Source of the DNA: Paraspadella gotoi
Lineage: Eukaryota > Animalia > Chaetognatha
NCBI GenBank assembly: GCA_051294375.1
Contig: CM119265.1
Location: 5,067,505-5,131,504, forward strand
Reading direction: 5' to 3'
Length of the DNA: 64,000 nt
Position numbers and translations under genes: made by a program. Shown here one piece after another: positions 13,920 through 25,410 of this stretch; positions within the stretch are counted from its first letter, which is position 1; each line of letters starts with the position of its first letter. Under the pieces are notes generated by a model. That model saw only the letters and a list, made by a program, of their open reading frames with translations. It made no database searches and was not told the DNA's origin.

Positions 13920-16900
13920 CAAGCTCATATCAAGCTTACCACAATATTCGACTCCAAGAGGCAAACTTCTACCTCCAAAAACCATAACATCCGCTATCAC
14001 TGAAACGGGATTATAATGCCAAAACCTTCAAGTTCCATGATGGAATCACGATCAAGAAGAATCCATATCAACAATCAGAAAAGCCAAATGAAATCGAAAT
14101 CTAAATACCAAATATGGACCAGTAACAGTAAGCACTATTATTTGAATTGAATACTAAGGCACACGCAAATGCAGACTAACGGAGTTAAATAAGCATAATT
14201 AAAACAACTCACAGAATAAGTTACTCTTCCACAATTTTTAATGATATTCGTGCTAAAAAAGGGAAATCAATTAAAAATGGCATGGGAATGAATTTTTAAT
14301 CCAATTCCCTGGGCAAAGTCCGTAATGCGGTCCGCATCGCAGGAGGCATTGCCATCCCGGTTTCCCAAGAAGGACTACTGGTTAAAAAAACTCATGCAAA
14401 AATCAATGGCAAGAAAGCGTTACATAGTCACTGTTCAATTGAATAAAAAACAAAAAGGTTAAAAATAGGGCACTATCTAATCTTTCATCCAAAAAAGCAA
14501 GATGCAGAAAGCTTCATAAAACGTTTTTTCTCAGAATGATCGGGTGCAAACAATAAGTGTTTTTATGTGCGTGATTCAATGCGCCAATTATTGAATGGGG
14601 AAGTCAGAAACAAACTCAAACTGAAGTAGAGCACTTACAAGGCCTTATGCAATCAATATGAATTAACCCCGCGTTCAACAGTTTAAATGATACTTACTAG
14701 ATAAATCAAGGGAAAAAATCTTTAATCTGCATGGACTCTTATGTTGGTAAAATCTAGTCAAATTAATCTCATTAGAGCCACACAAATTCCTGGAAGATAT
14801 CGGAAGATGACCATCTAGCCCAGCGGCTATTAGATCTGAAAATACAACACTCCTCAATGGAAAAGAAAACAAACAAAAATAAGTTAACTGGCAAGCTTTC
14901 GGTCAGCAAATGCTTCAGAGGATTTGGTATTATAATACATCAACAAGTGAAAAACATTGGTGAAGACGAAATAGGACAAGATGGTCGAAAAAACCTCACT
15001 CAAGCCATACAAAGGTCCAACTACTCAAGCAAACAAGCATTGACAAAGGCAAAAGAAACAAATTGGGGTACACCCTTAATCTGTGACACTCAGAAGATGT
15101 AATTAAAAAAGAAGAAAATTCGAATACATTGAAACAACTCTAAAAAGACAATGGTATCCTTGACCGAAAACTGCATAAGCAATATAACTTTTTACTGTAG
15201 GCAAAGTCGTAAAAAAATAAAAAATGAAGACAAGGAGAACGAATTCAAAGAAGAAAATTAAATTTAGCTGTTGAACACAAAAGATTGGTGCAAAGAAATG
15301 GAGGCTAATAAGGGAATTAAACAAACTATAAATCTGAATCAGAAACACCATCAGCCCATTGAGAGGCCAGATGGAAGCGTAAGCGCACATGCAGTTAGAA
15401 GGAAAAATTTAGAAGTTCGCAAGCTGAAAGAATGGAAAGAGAGGCATATCTCTTCACAAGCCAACAAATTTAAAGAGGACAAAGAGTGGTCTCAAAAAAT
15501 TGAAAAAAGGATCTGAAGGCAAACCAACATTTCTCCGCCGGCAAAAACATCAGGAGCAGAAGAAACGGGAGATGATTACTTTCACACATTATTCTTAAAT
15601 ACAATGCGAGCCCAACACTCTGAAATGTTCAATACACTAAATTGAAAAAATCGCCAGCACCAGGAGATTGATGGCATAACCATGAAATGATAAAACATGC
15701 TCCAGAAAAGTGGATTAAAAAACCTGGTGAGATATACCAGGCAATGTTTAACCGATGGCTTACTTTCCTAAAGGCATGGAAAGTGGCCAAAAATTAAAAA
15801 TGCTCACTAAAGCCTGATAAAAATCCCTCAATGGAAAAAAGCTAATGACCTGTATCTCCTCTTGTCAATGATCTAGGAAAACTCTTTGAGAGAATAAACA
15901 GCCCTTTTTAGCTGGTTCAGCAAAGAAGAACAAGTCTATTAACATTGAACAGTCTGGCTACCAGAAAGGAGAAGGAACTAGGCAAAACTTAATCAAGGCT
16001 TGTGGAGGATTGCTACCAACGGGCTTAAGAGACAACAGGTACAATATTTTACTCACTCCTTGACTAAATGAAGGAGCATTTAATGCCGTTTTGGCATGAA
16101 GGACCTTGTCGGAAAAATGATTGAAAAAAATCTATCCCATCAAAATTATCGAATAATCTCCTCACTTTTTGACAGACAGATTTTTATTCATAAAGAAGGG
16201 AAGAAAAATCAAGAACATGTCAAACTCTGTTAAGAGGCTGGCGCCTACAGGTGCAATACTACAGTCCTGAACCATATTTGCCATTAATTTGTTGGCTGAT
16301 TTAACCGTTTAAGGAAGCTCGCGGAATGACAATGCATGCCTCACAATATGCTGGATGAGTTGTATTGGGCTACCATGGACACACAAGTCGCGACCATCTA
16401 TCAGTTGCCAGCACAGACCACGAACACAAAAAGTTTTGAATGCTAATGGGTAGCATCGGTGGCGAGCATGCTGCGCGCATGCGGGGCCCTGCCCCAAACA
16501 AAATCCTTTGCAATGCATAATCACCTAGATGTCCCTCCTGAAAGAACAAAAATGCAGTAACTTGACCTTCAACTGGCAATAAAATTAACCAACAGTCCAA
16601 GAACTCAGTCTTAGGAGTGTACCATTGATGACAGACTATACTGTGCGTAAACCATTCAATAAAACTATTAACAAGAGGCCAACAAAATATATTCCCGCGA
16701 ATTACACAGCTGCAATGACTTTGCCAAGGATGACTTTTCAGAAGTCCTGCGCCTATTTGATGTGCCTATAGTTCTAACCTAGCATACTTGCTCCAAGCAA
16801 CCTATGCCATGAAGTGTGAGTTCATTGGCAAAAGATAGTATGCACATGTTCATGAAGCTCGTAAAAAAGTTTCTCTCAAAATTCTCAACAACAGGAAAGC

Positions 16901-17115
16901 GTCGGCTGTTACTAGGACGCCACTTGGCCGAATAAGCTTTTCAGAAACCATTCTTAAAAAAAGAGCCACAAAACCGAATTATCAACATTTGTCCAAACAC
17001 ACAGAAGTTTTCGGGCGGATTACAGTCGCAAAATAAGCGGAAAGAGACCACATCATCATCCATACAATCCTCGGCACCACAAATCCTCAGACGATGACAA
17101 TGTTCCAGTCACTAA
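13920..17115 (+). pseudogene. LINE ORF2 (APE endonuclease + reverse transcriptase), frameshifted or decayed
   Basis: APE and RT motifs listed for the element appear in canonical order and spacing. No RNase H motif was recognised by eye. The ORF probably ends near ccagtcactaa (~17115). Confidence 0.85.
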
Positions 17116-18308
17116 ATGTCTCATGTGTTTATTTAATAATGAATCATCTTTTGCGTAGCTCGTAGGTTATAAGGCGACCAATTCCCTTTTTTTTTTGTAA
17201 TTGAGTAGCTAACTTATGATTAGATGGACCTTTAGCAGATAATGATTGGTAGACTTTTATAACATGTAAAACCTTTAAATGAAATTTACAAGAATGACGG
17301 ACCCACTTGTTTTACCTTATAGGTCCTTCTTGCAGAAGGTAGCCTAGGTCCATAGACATATTATCATATCTATCCTACTATCTCTATCACTTTCTTCACT
17401 GCTTGTGCTAATTTGGCAAAGTGCTTCTGGCGCCTAGTTGAGTTTAAAACAATCGTCCAATCACTAAGTAAATAATTTTTATTTTTTTCCCCGATTTTTT
17501 TTTTCAGATTATTTTTTTTTTTTCGAAGTCTTTCTTTTTTGCCTCATTGTTATTCTGCCCCTCAGCGAAACATAATTTTTGTTTTTCTTTTGGTTCTGGA
17601 TTCGCTTTTTGTTTCTTTTTCCTCCTCAGCAAAAATCCCAGAGGTTTCTTAACCTTTTTATAAAGAAAAGAAGGGGGAGAAAGGAAATAAGCGACAGCCG
17701 AGTCACCTCTTCACCTTTTCCACGCGTATTACGCGTCACAGGGTGACACAGGCTGTTTCGTCGTCAGTTCGAAGACGTCGTCGTTTCACGTCACGATGGC
17801 CTCCTTTTTCTTCACCGAATCAAATCACGAAGTGACTGAGAAGTTTTCGTCCATTTTTTTTTCTTGACGGATATTTGCGCTCCCCACATCTTTCTGGGGG
17901 GTGTTGGGAATGTTGGGTAATGAGCCTGAAGTGATTCCTTGTGGTTTTTTCAAAAAATGGATGAGAGGAAAGTTGAGATTTTTAGCTTTTATTAGCATTT
18001 ATTTTATCCTAAATATATTTGTTAATCACCTACCATCTCCACTTACGGCGTAAACTCACGCACCTGCGGATTATGCTTTGCCGTCTTGGCGTCGCTTAGA
18101 CGTCAGCCCCCTTACTCTCTCTCTCTCTCATTCTACAATTTCGTCTCTCTCGTCTCTCTCTCGTCTTCTCTCTGCTCTGCTCTCTGCCTCTCTCTCTCTC
18201 TCGGAATTGGGTTTTCCGTCGAAAGAAAGCACAAAGTCAAAACGCACGTTTTGCCGGAAAAAAACGCGTTTTTGCGTGTGAATGCGAAGGGAAACGCGAC
18301 GACCAAAG

Positions 18309-18755
18309 GAGATTATGTCATCTCCCAAATCCTCCGCCCCGCGGGGACGGCTCTAGGGGCGGCCCCAGGGGCAGCAGCAGGGGCAGACCTCTGGATTGCC
18401 TCAGGGGGCCGCCCCAGGGGGGTTCCCCCTGGGCCAACATTTGGTCTATTAGGCGGCGCCCCTAATGCTTGAGCCCCCTGCGCGGCCAAAAAAAGTCTGC
18501 CCCTGAGGGGTAACCCCTTGGGGAGCAAAAAACTGCTCCCCCGGGCGAGTTAAAGAGAGAGCAAAGTTTAGATGGAGACAAATATACCTTTCTTGAATAA
18601 TGTTATTATATCTGAGAATATTTCTCCCTGTCTGTGTACTCTCTCTTTCTCTCTCCCTTTTTCTTTTCTCTCTCTCTTTTTCTCTCTCTCTCTTTCTCAT
18701 CACTCTTTTCCACTCTCTCTTTTTCTCTCTCATAGATCTTTTTTTTCTCTCTTTC
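18309..18755 (+). repeat. Left modular TIR: terminal motif, GC-rich block with GGGGCSGCCCC motifs, then CT-rich tract
   Basis: ggggcggcccc at ~18356 and gggggccgcccc at ~18404; CT tract 18640-18755. Mirrored at the right end. Confidence 0.65.
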
Positions 18756-19349
18756 ATGACTTGTTTTATGCTAACTGAATTAAATATACATTATTTTTCA
18801 AAATTATTGTTAACTCATTTATTCCATATTTTATCTAAAAATTATAATATTTGTATTTTTAACCCAATTATTTTATTTCAGTTTAAAAGATATAGAAATA
18901 ATTTTTTACCAAACAATGTAGGAATAGCCAAACACAAATTAGTAGTTAAAAAGCTTAATCAAAAGGTCATTTGTCTTCTTTTTTTTGTCCTTTTTTTATC
19001 TTCTTTTTTTAATTTTTTTTTTTTTCGTTAGGGATGGGACCATTACTGATAGACTGACTAGAGATACATAATTTTAAAAAAAAATATCATTAATTTGATG
19101 TTTGAAAAAGAAATTAAATTAAATCACCAAAACAAATAATGGGCAGTGACTGACAGACCTACTTAGGTGAATTAGTGGAGTCCCCACCAAAAAAACAATA
19201 AAAACTATTCATCAACACTAAATGAGTTCTACATCGTAAAATTAAAATTTTATTTTATTTTATTTTATTTTTATTTTCTAATTAATAATCGTCAGTTTGT
19301 GAGATGCTTTAAGATGAACTCACGTTGTTTAAGTAGACAGGCTACGATT

Positions 19350-19705
19350 GAGGAGAGAGAGTGAGCAAAACTTTATATCTCGCTCAATCTATACTTTTCT
19401 ACCCACACACAAAAATTTTATTCCAATCCACTCTATTTAATCAACGAATAATGGAGTTAATGCTAATAAGGGATAGACTTAAAGACTGATATTAATTAAT
19501 TAATCAATTAAATATTTTTACATTAATTATTTTTTATAAGTGAATTAAAAAATTAAAACCATCCTACTCTTTATTCTATAAAATTTTAAGATAAAATTTT
19601 GTGTGTGGGTAGAAAAATAAAAGTAAGTGTTTATGGAAAAAACCAAAAGTTACGTTTTTACTTTGAACCAATTATAAAAAAATTTTTGCACTCTATTTCT
19701 CTCTT
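19350..19705. repeat. Internal inverted repeat (possible nested MITE) in the TIR element
   Basis: ttttctacccacacacaaaaatttta (~19395-19420) versus taaaattttgtgtgtgggtagaaaa (~19592-19616); outer gagagagtgagcaaaa versus ttttgcactctatttctctc. Confidence 0.6.
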
Positions 19706-19749
19706 CTTTTATTTCTATCAGATTAAAAATTATTAATGAGCTAATTGCT

Positions 19750-20278
19750 TAAGTTGATTGTTGACCAAATTAATTAATTTTGACCAAATTATCCAAGTTG
19801 TCCAAATTATCTTAAGTGACAAATTATGCAAAGTTGACAAAATTATGACTTGTTGACTAAATTAAGCAAATTAACCAATCTATACCATTTGACAATTTAT
19901 GCAATGACAAATCTTTATGAAATTGACCAATTATGCAAGTTGACCAAATTATGCCGAGTGATTTTAATTATGCAAATTGATTAAATTATGAAAGTTTTAC
20001 CAAATATGAAAGTTTACCAAATTATGAAAGTTTACCAAATTATTAAAGTTTTACCAAAATTATAAAAGTTTTAGCCAAATTATGAAGGTTAACCAAATAA
20101 GCAAGTTAAACCTAAATTATAAAAAAATTACCAAATTATAAAAGTTTACCAAATTATAAAAGTTACCAAAATTTTAAAAGTTGTGATTTAAATTATATCA
20201 GTTGACCAATTTATGTCAGGTTGACCAAATTATAGTCATGACTAAATTATGCAAAGGGTGACCCAAATATGCAAGTTG
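19750..20278 (+). repeat. Minisatellite of ~18-19-bp units (consensus approximately AAGTTGACCAAATTATGC / AAGTTTACCAAATTATAA) inside the TIR element
   Basis: More than 20 degenerate units are visible, with a GAC/GC variant at the edges and a TAC/AA variant in the centre. Confidence 0.9.
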
Positions 20279-20384
20279 GTATCGGTGCAAGCTATTGCCG
20301 TCATTGATTGATTAATGAAGCTGAAAATATTATTTTTTATTTTGATATTTTATTGTGAATGAAAGATGAAAATAGAAAATAGAT

Positions 20385-20687
20385 TAGAGAAGAGAGAGAG
20401 AGGGAGAGACAGTTAGAGGAAGAGAGATAGGAGGAGAGAGAGCCGTTCCCAGGCGGCAGGAAAATCCATTCCCCTGCGGGTAGCCCCCAGGGGGCCAAGT
20501 TTTTTATAGCCCCTGGGGGGATTCCCCCTGGAGTGGCCCCTGGGGCTCAAAAAAGAGTACAGGGGGCCGCCCCTTAGGCGCGTAAGGATTTGCCTGCCCC
20601 TCGGGGCCGCCCCGCGGAGCCACCCCGCGGGGCCGCCCCCAGCAGCCGCTCCCCGGGGGAAGCAATTCTGTAAGGATGACATTACTT
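20385..20687 (-). repeat. Right modular TIR: GA-rich tract, GC-rich block with GGGGCCGCCCC motifs, terminal motif
   Basis: GA tract 20385-20440; ggggccgcccc at ~20563, ~20603 and ~20629. The end is the imperfect reverse complement of the left terminus. Confidence 0.65.
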
Positions 20688-23082
20688 GCGACAAAGATGG
20701 CGGGCGTCCGTTTACGGCGAAGTCACGCGTCCGGAAAGTTACAGAAGTTGACGCCGGAAATGGACGTAAGTTAGCGCCGGAAAATGCGACAAATAATCGG
20801 CACCCTCCAAATGTTGAAAACATTTTCTAAAACTTGAAAAACGAAATGGGCGCCATCGCGCGTCAGCAGAAGGTCGAAAGGGCCGCCGGATTAAATCGGC
20901 CGCTAGTCTCTCTCCTCTCTCTCTTCTCTCTTCTCTCTCTCTCTCTCTCTCTCTGCTCTCTCCTCTCTCTCTCTCTCTCTCACTCACTCTGTGTTAGCCA
21001 TATCTTAGGCGCGTTACTGCCCCTCCACCCTCTTTCGAAAATCCTTGGAACTTTAGCACGAATCACCATTTGCATAATTCTTTCGTTTCCGGAAATTTTT
21101 AGTTTAAAGGAACGTCCAGTTGAAGCTTTACAGTTAGCCATTTTCTTATGATATAGTTCACGCCATAAACTTAAAAAGTAGGTATTAAAGCAGAGTTTGA
21201 GATCCATATGGTCCTCGCAAAAATGAGACATGATCAATTAACCAGTGCCAACTGATGAGGAGAAAATGCGTTGCAGTCTCCATGCTGTGGAGTTTCTTTT
21301 CCCCCTCCCTCGCTCCTAACGAATCGCTGATCATTACGTAAATATATTCCATATATCCGCCTAACTTTGCCCCGTTAATCACCATAGTTTTTACGGCCTC
21401 GCCGCGACGTGACCCAACCCGACCCAAGCCCTACGACACCGAAACCCAGCCCTTCGTCAAAACCTCGTCCACCCTCGCAACTTTCGGGTCGCGTTCACGT
21501 CGACCCAATTATTATCTCGGTTCACGGTTTCGAGACGGAATCAATTTTTCAATCACGAACCAACGACACCGCGCCGCTAGCCGTTGCCGCCATCGCGCCG
21601 CCACCGCCGAAGCCGCCCGCAACAGTTCGCCAGGCCACCACCACCGGCCTCCCACGGCCACACTGCCCGTTTCACCACTTTTCATGTATCCATCTCACTT
21701 TCATCTCAATTAAAAACTTGAAGCAGTTAATCCTGTTGAGACTCACGGCGAGTCACGGTCACGGCAAAGAAACATCTATTAAAATTTCCGCGTTTTCTTT
21801 GATTTTATAGACACTAGGAAACCTAGTCGGATTGTAACGTAAACTATATCTGATAATTGAGTCTAATGAGCAGCGAAGCGAAAAACTTTCTATAACGATT
21901 GGGAAGAAAAAAAGATGAACGATTGAAGAGTGAAGATAGATACTGAGTTTATACTGAGGTGGATTGAAGGCTGGTAGAGAGGTGTATAGAACCCAATAGC
22001 GAAGATATTCGTTAGTAAATCTCTCTCTTTTACCGTCTCCGAATTAATTTTCTCTCCCCCCAAGGAATCTTCATTCTTTGGGATTCGTTTTTCACCCACT
22101 GTGGTTGTCGTTGACGTTGTCGTCGTTGTCGCCGCCTCCCCCGACTGTCCTTCTTCGTTATCTCCTTTTTCTCTCTCCGTCTCATTTACCCAAAGCGAGG
22201 GATCTCTTTTTTCGGTCCGGCTTTTTCTTCTTCTTCTTCTTCTCCCAGACCCGGAGGTCATTTTCGGTCTCGAGCGTTATTTAAGTCGTCAACTGGGTCG
22301 TCATGGCGACGGCGACTTCCGTTTTCGTCGTTAAGCGCCTATTTTGAGACGCGCGCGAGCGATGGGCGTCCGTCGGGACTCTTTTCGCCCTCCATTTCAT
22401 CTCCGTCAATCGTTATCTCCGCCGCTAGGGTTCGGCCTCAGTGTCATCAAAGTCGACCAACACCAACACCAATGTCGGACTAATGTCAGACACAACTATT
22501 TTGTCATTCTCGTCCATCTGTCAGTCACTCTGTCCATTTTGCCAGTGAATCTTTCCCGATTCGGAAACAATCCGAATTCTTTAACTTTTCCCATCAGAAA
22601 AAAACAACTATCTCGGTCGCGACTCAAAAAACCGCCTCATCTCGAAATGAATAATGGAGAAATGTATTTCTTCCCGGGGATAGTTATATGTCAAATGGAG
22701 GCAGTGGCAGAAATAACTACAACAACAACAACGCATTCGAATATCGACAACGCCCCCTCTAAGACTCATCCCATTTTTTCTTGGCAGAGCGACATTAACG
22801 CGTTGGCGATGTTGTTGTCGTTGTTGTTGTTGTTCTTTCGGTCGGCCTTGGTTCATGCAGCGCGTTGAATGCTGGACGCCATGGATCGAGCAAGAGAGAG
22901 AAGTTTACAGGCTCAGCGTAGCTTGACGTAGCGCCATGCCCCACTTTTAGCTTAACAGGGCGTGTTTAACGTCTGTTGTGGCCGTTGCCGAGAGCGTACG
23001 ATCTGATAAAACCGAAATGGAAAACCTCGTAATTCGTAGCGAGGAATTTTTGGTTTTGTTGGAACGTTTGAGAGAGGAGAGA

Positions 23083-23138
<56 letters not shown>

Positions 23139-23969
23139 GAAGAAGAGTGAGGAGAGAGAGAGAGAAGAGAGAGAGATGATCTCAATACTCCAGTGGTAGA
23201 AGAATCGACTCTGTTTATATCTGTCGCCCCAGTCCGTATGCGACGACTTGGAATCGAGATTTAGAATTGAATAGTTTTTCAAACACTACAGTTTTATAAT
23301 CATTACATACAGATTTTATTTTTTCAACTCAAAAAAGTTAAGTTATTTTTGTTTTTTTTTTATAGCTGGAACTTTCTTATAACTTCTTAAAATAAAATGT
23401 AAACCAATAATATAAATATCTTAACAGTTCAGTTAAATTAGGCTGATTCCGACACCCTCAACAAGCGAGCATACGTCTTTAAAAGTCCGACGCTGAGTGA
23501 GATATCTACGCGTCAACGGCGAGGCCACCTCGCGGCCGATAAACACCGAGATAATGACGAAGGGGAGGGAACGAGAAAATCTTTCTCTTTCAGCCACCAC
23601 TTCCGCACAGCCACCACCCCGACGCCCCGACGCGCCCCGACGCCCCGCCGCCTCTCGGAGGCGGGTTGGCCTGCAGTGACCGCGCTTTTCGTCTCGACGC
23701 TTCTTTGTTTACGAGCCTTTCGTGTCCCGGGGCTTAACTGCTAGCCGACTCCGCCCGTCGTCCGCCTCTGCACGAACTTCACTCCCTCTCGCCGTGCCCG
23801 CGCTGGCGGTCCGAAGAAGGTTTGACTCGAGATGCTTCTGGCGCCGCGTTGGCGGCGATGGAGGTTTTATGCCGGCGTTCGACTGAGGACGATCCCCCAT
23901 TTTTTCTTATGTTTTTTCACTTTGTGTTGCGTTGAGAGATGGAAACGCGGAAATGCGTTCTTCTTATAT

Positions 23970-24023
<54 letters not shown>

Positions 24024-24307
24024 GCCTCTCTTCTCAAGTACTCTCTGCTCGTCTAGAACTTTCCGTCTTCTCTTCTCTCTCTCTCTCTCCTCTCTTCTCT
24101 CTTTTTCCTTCCTCACGATTTGTGTTTTGGTTTCATCTACCCCGTGTTTTGGCAAGTTTCTATCTTTCTTTGACGTGTTACGTATTTTTTCGTGAAAAAG
24201 AAGAAGATGATGAACGTTGATGATGATGATGATCATGAGGATGTTGGCGGTTTTTTTTCCAAGACGCCGGAATTGAATAGGAATTCTTCATATAAAGAGC
24301 AGAGGAT

Positions 24308-25374
24308 GGTAAATACTACGTCAATGATGATGATTATGCTAGCAGCTGAATTCAATGTCAATGTCAAAACTTGAATATACATTTTTTCATGTTTTAGTTT
24401 TTTCCTTTTAAAAGTTTCGCCGGATCGCGAAAGATTATTCGAATTATTACAAAACCCGCACATTTTACCTCTAATTCTCGACGCTTCTTTTATCCAGCAA
24501 TATTTTCCGTCCTCTCTGAAATAGAATCACCATTAACGCAACAATTTTCTGCGCATTACGAGCGCATGCGCGTCCACGAGACAGGGCCCCTCGTATTTTC
24601 CCTCTACCCTGCAAAGTTCTAACGCGGCGAACCCAGGTCGCCGCCCCAAGTTTATGGGTTATGGGCGAAAGTCGTGTTTGAAGGCGGCGAAAGCGGCCGG
24701 CAGCGGCGGCGACTGGGGCGACAGCAGCGGCGACGGCAGCGGAGAACGAAGTACAAAACAGAGGCTCCTTAGTTTTTTACCTCGGTTTTCCTGTATTCTT
24801 TCCCGTTCCTATAAGTCAAGACTGAAAACAAGCCCTGTGTCGGATTGGATTGAAATTGTCTGGGCTTAAGAAAAGAGAATATCATATTGAAGGTTATTAA
24901 CCAAATTTAATTACCCTAATTTTTTGTCTTTTTCACGGGCTTATGAAGTGAAGGCGTGAAAAAGCGCGAGAAACGCAATTCATCTGAAACTTCTCAGTTT
25001 TAAAAAAAATTTCATAAGGATTGTTTTCAAGATTTAAAAAATTATATAATGACAAACTTTTGAATTTGTAGTTTCAACGAGAGTTCCTGACTTGCAGGTT
25101 CATTATATTCTGCCTCGCTCTATTCCTTTCATCAAAACATCGTCATTCTTTTAGGTTTTTAACCTTTTTTTAAGTTTTTTTTTTACCAAGAAGTCACTTT
25201 AGAAATAGTTCCTTCTCACTCCAATCTCACTCCCAGCTCCCCATAACCCCAGCCCCCCCCCCTTCTTTCTCATTTTTTTTTAATCTTCGCCCTCGAATTC
25301 GGTTTCGGTCTCAATCGACGCCCACGAGACTTTTAATAAACGGAAGCGGCGCTGGGAGTCTGGCGCTTGAATCT

Positions 25375-25410
<36 letters not shown>

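Larger units (their letters stand above)
12180..17482 (+). mobile_element. Near full-length non-LTR retrotransposon (LINE), Jockey/I-group-like: ORF1 (gag-like) + ORF2 (APE endonuclease + reverse transcriptase), frameshifted in this assembly
   Basis: Manual translation across frameshifts gives, in order: VVIRG (~12989), three CCHC knuckles (13250-13402), APE motifs ITET (~13996), GGIAI (~14342), (G)DFNA (~14571), GSDHLP (~14801), and RT motifs WKVAKI (~15776), GKLFERI (~15876), QSGY (~15950), AFNAVWHEG (~16076), PQGAILSP (~16242), QYADD (~16344), LGVTIDDRL (~16611). The 5' boundary is approximate. Confidence 0.9.
18309..20687. mobile_element. Non-autonomous TIR DNA transposon, Mutator (MULE)/Foldback-like
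   Basis: Termini gagattatgtcatc (18309-18322) and gatgacattactt (20675-20687) are inverted. Flanks gacgaccaaag (18298-18308) and gcgacaaag (20688-20696) match a single gacgacaag in the empty site (rc of 7314-7322). GC-rich subterminal inverted blocks, AT-rich interior, no transposase ORF. Confidence 0.75.
17482..22017 (-). repeat. Arm A' (inverted, noisier copy of 5898-8100) interrupted by the TIR element
   Basis: Reverse-complement identity to arm A with many small indels. Confidence 0.93.

Noticed and set aside
19750-20278. CRISPR-like array
   Set aside because: Units are contiguous without unique spacers, there are no cas genes, and the context is eukaryotic.
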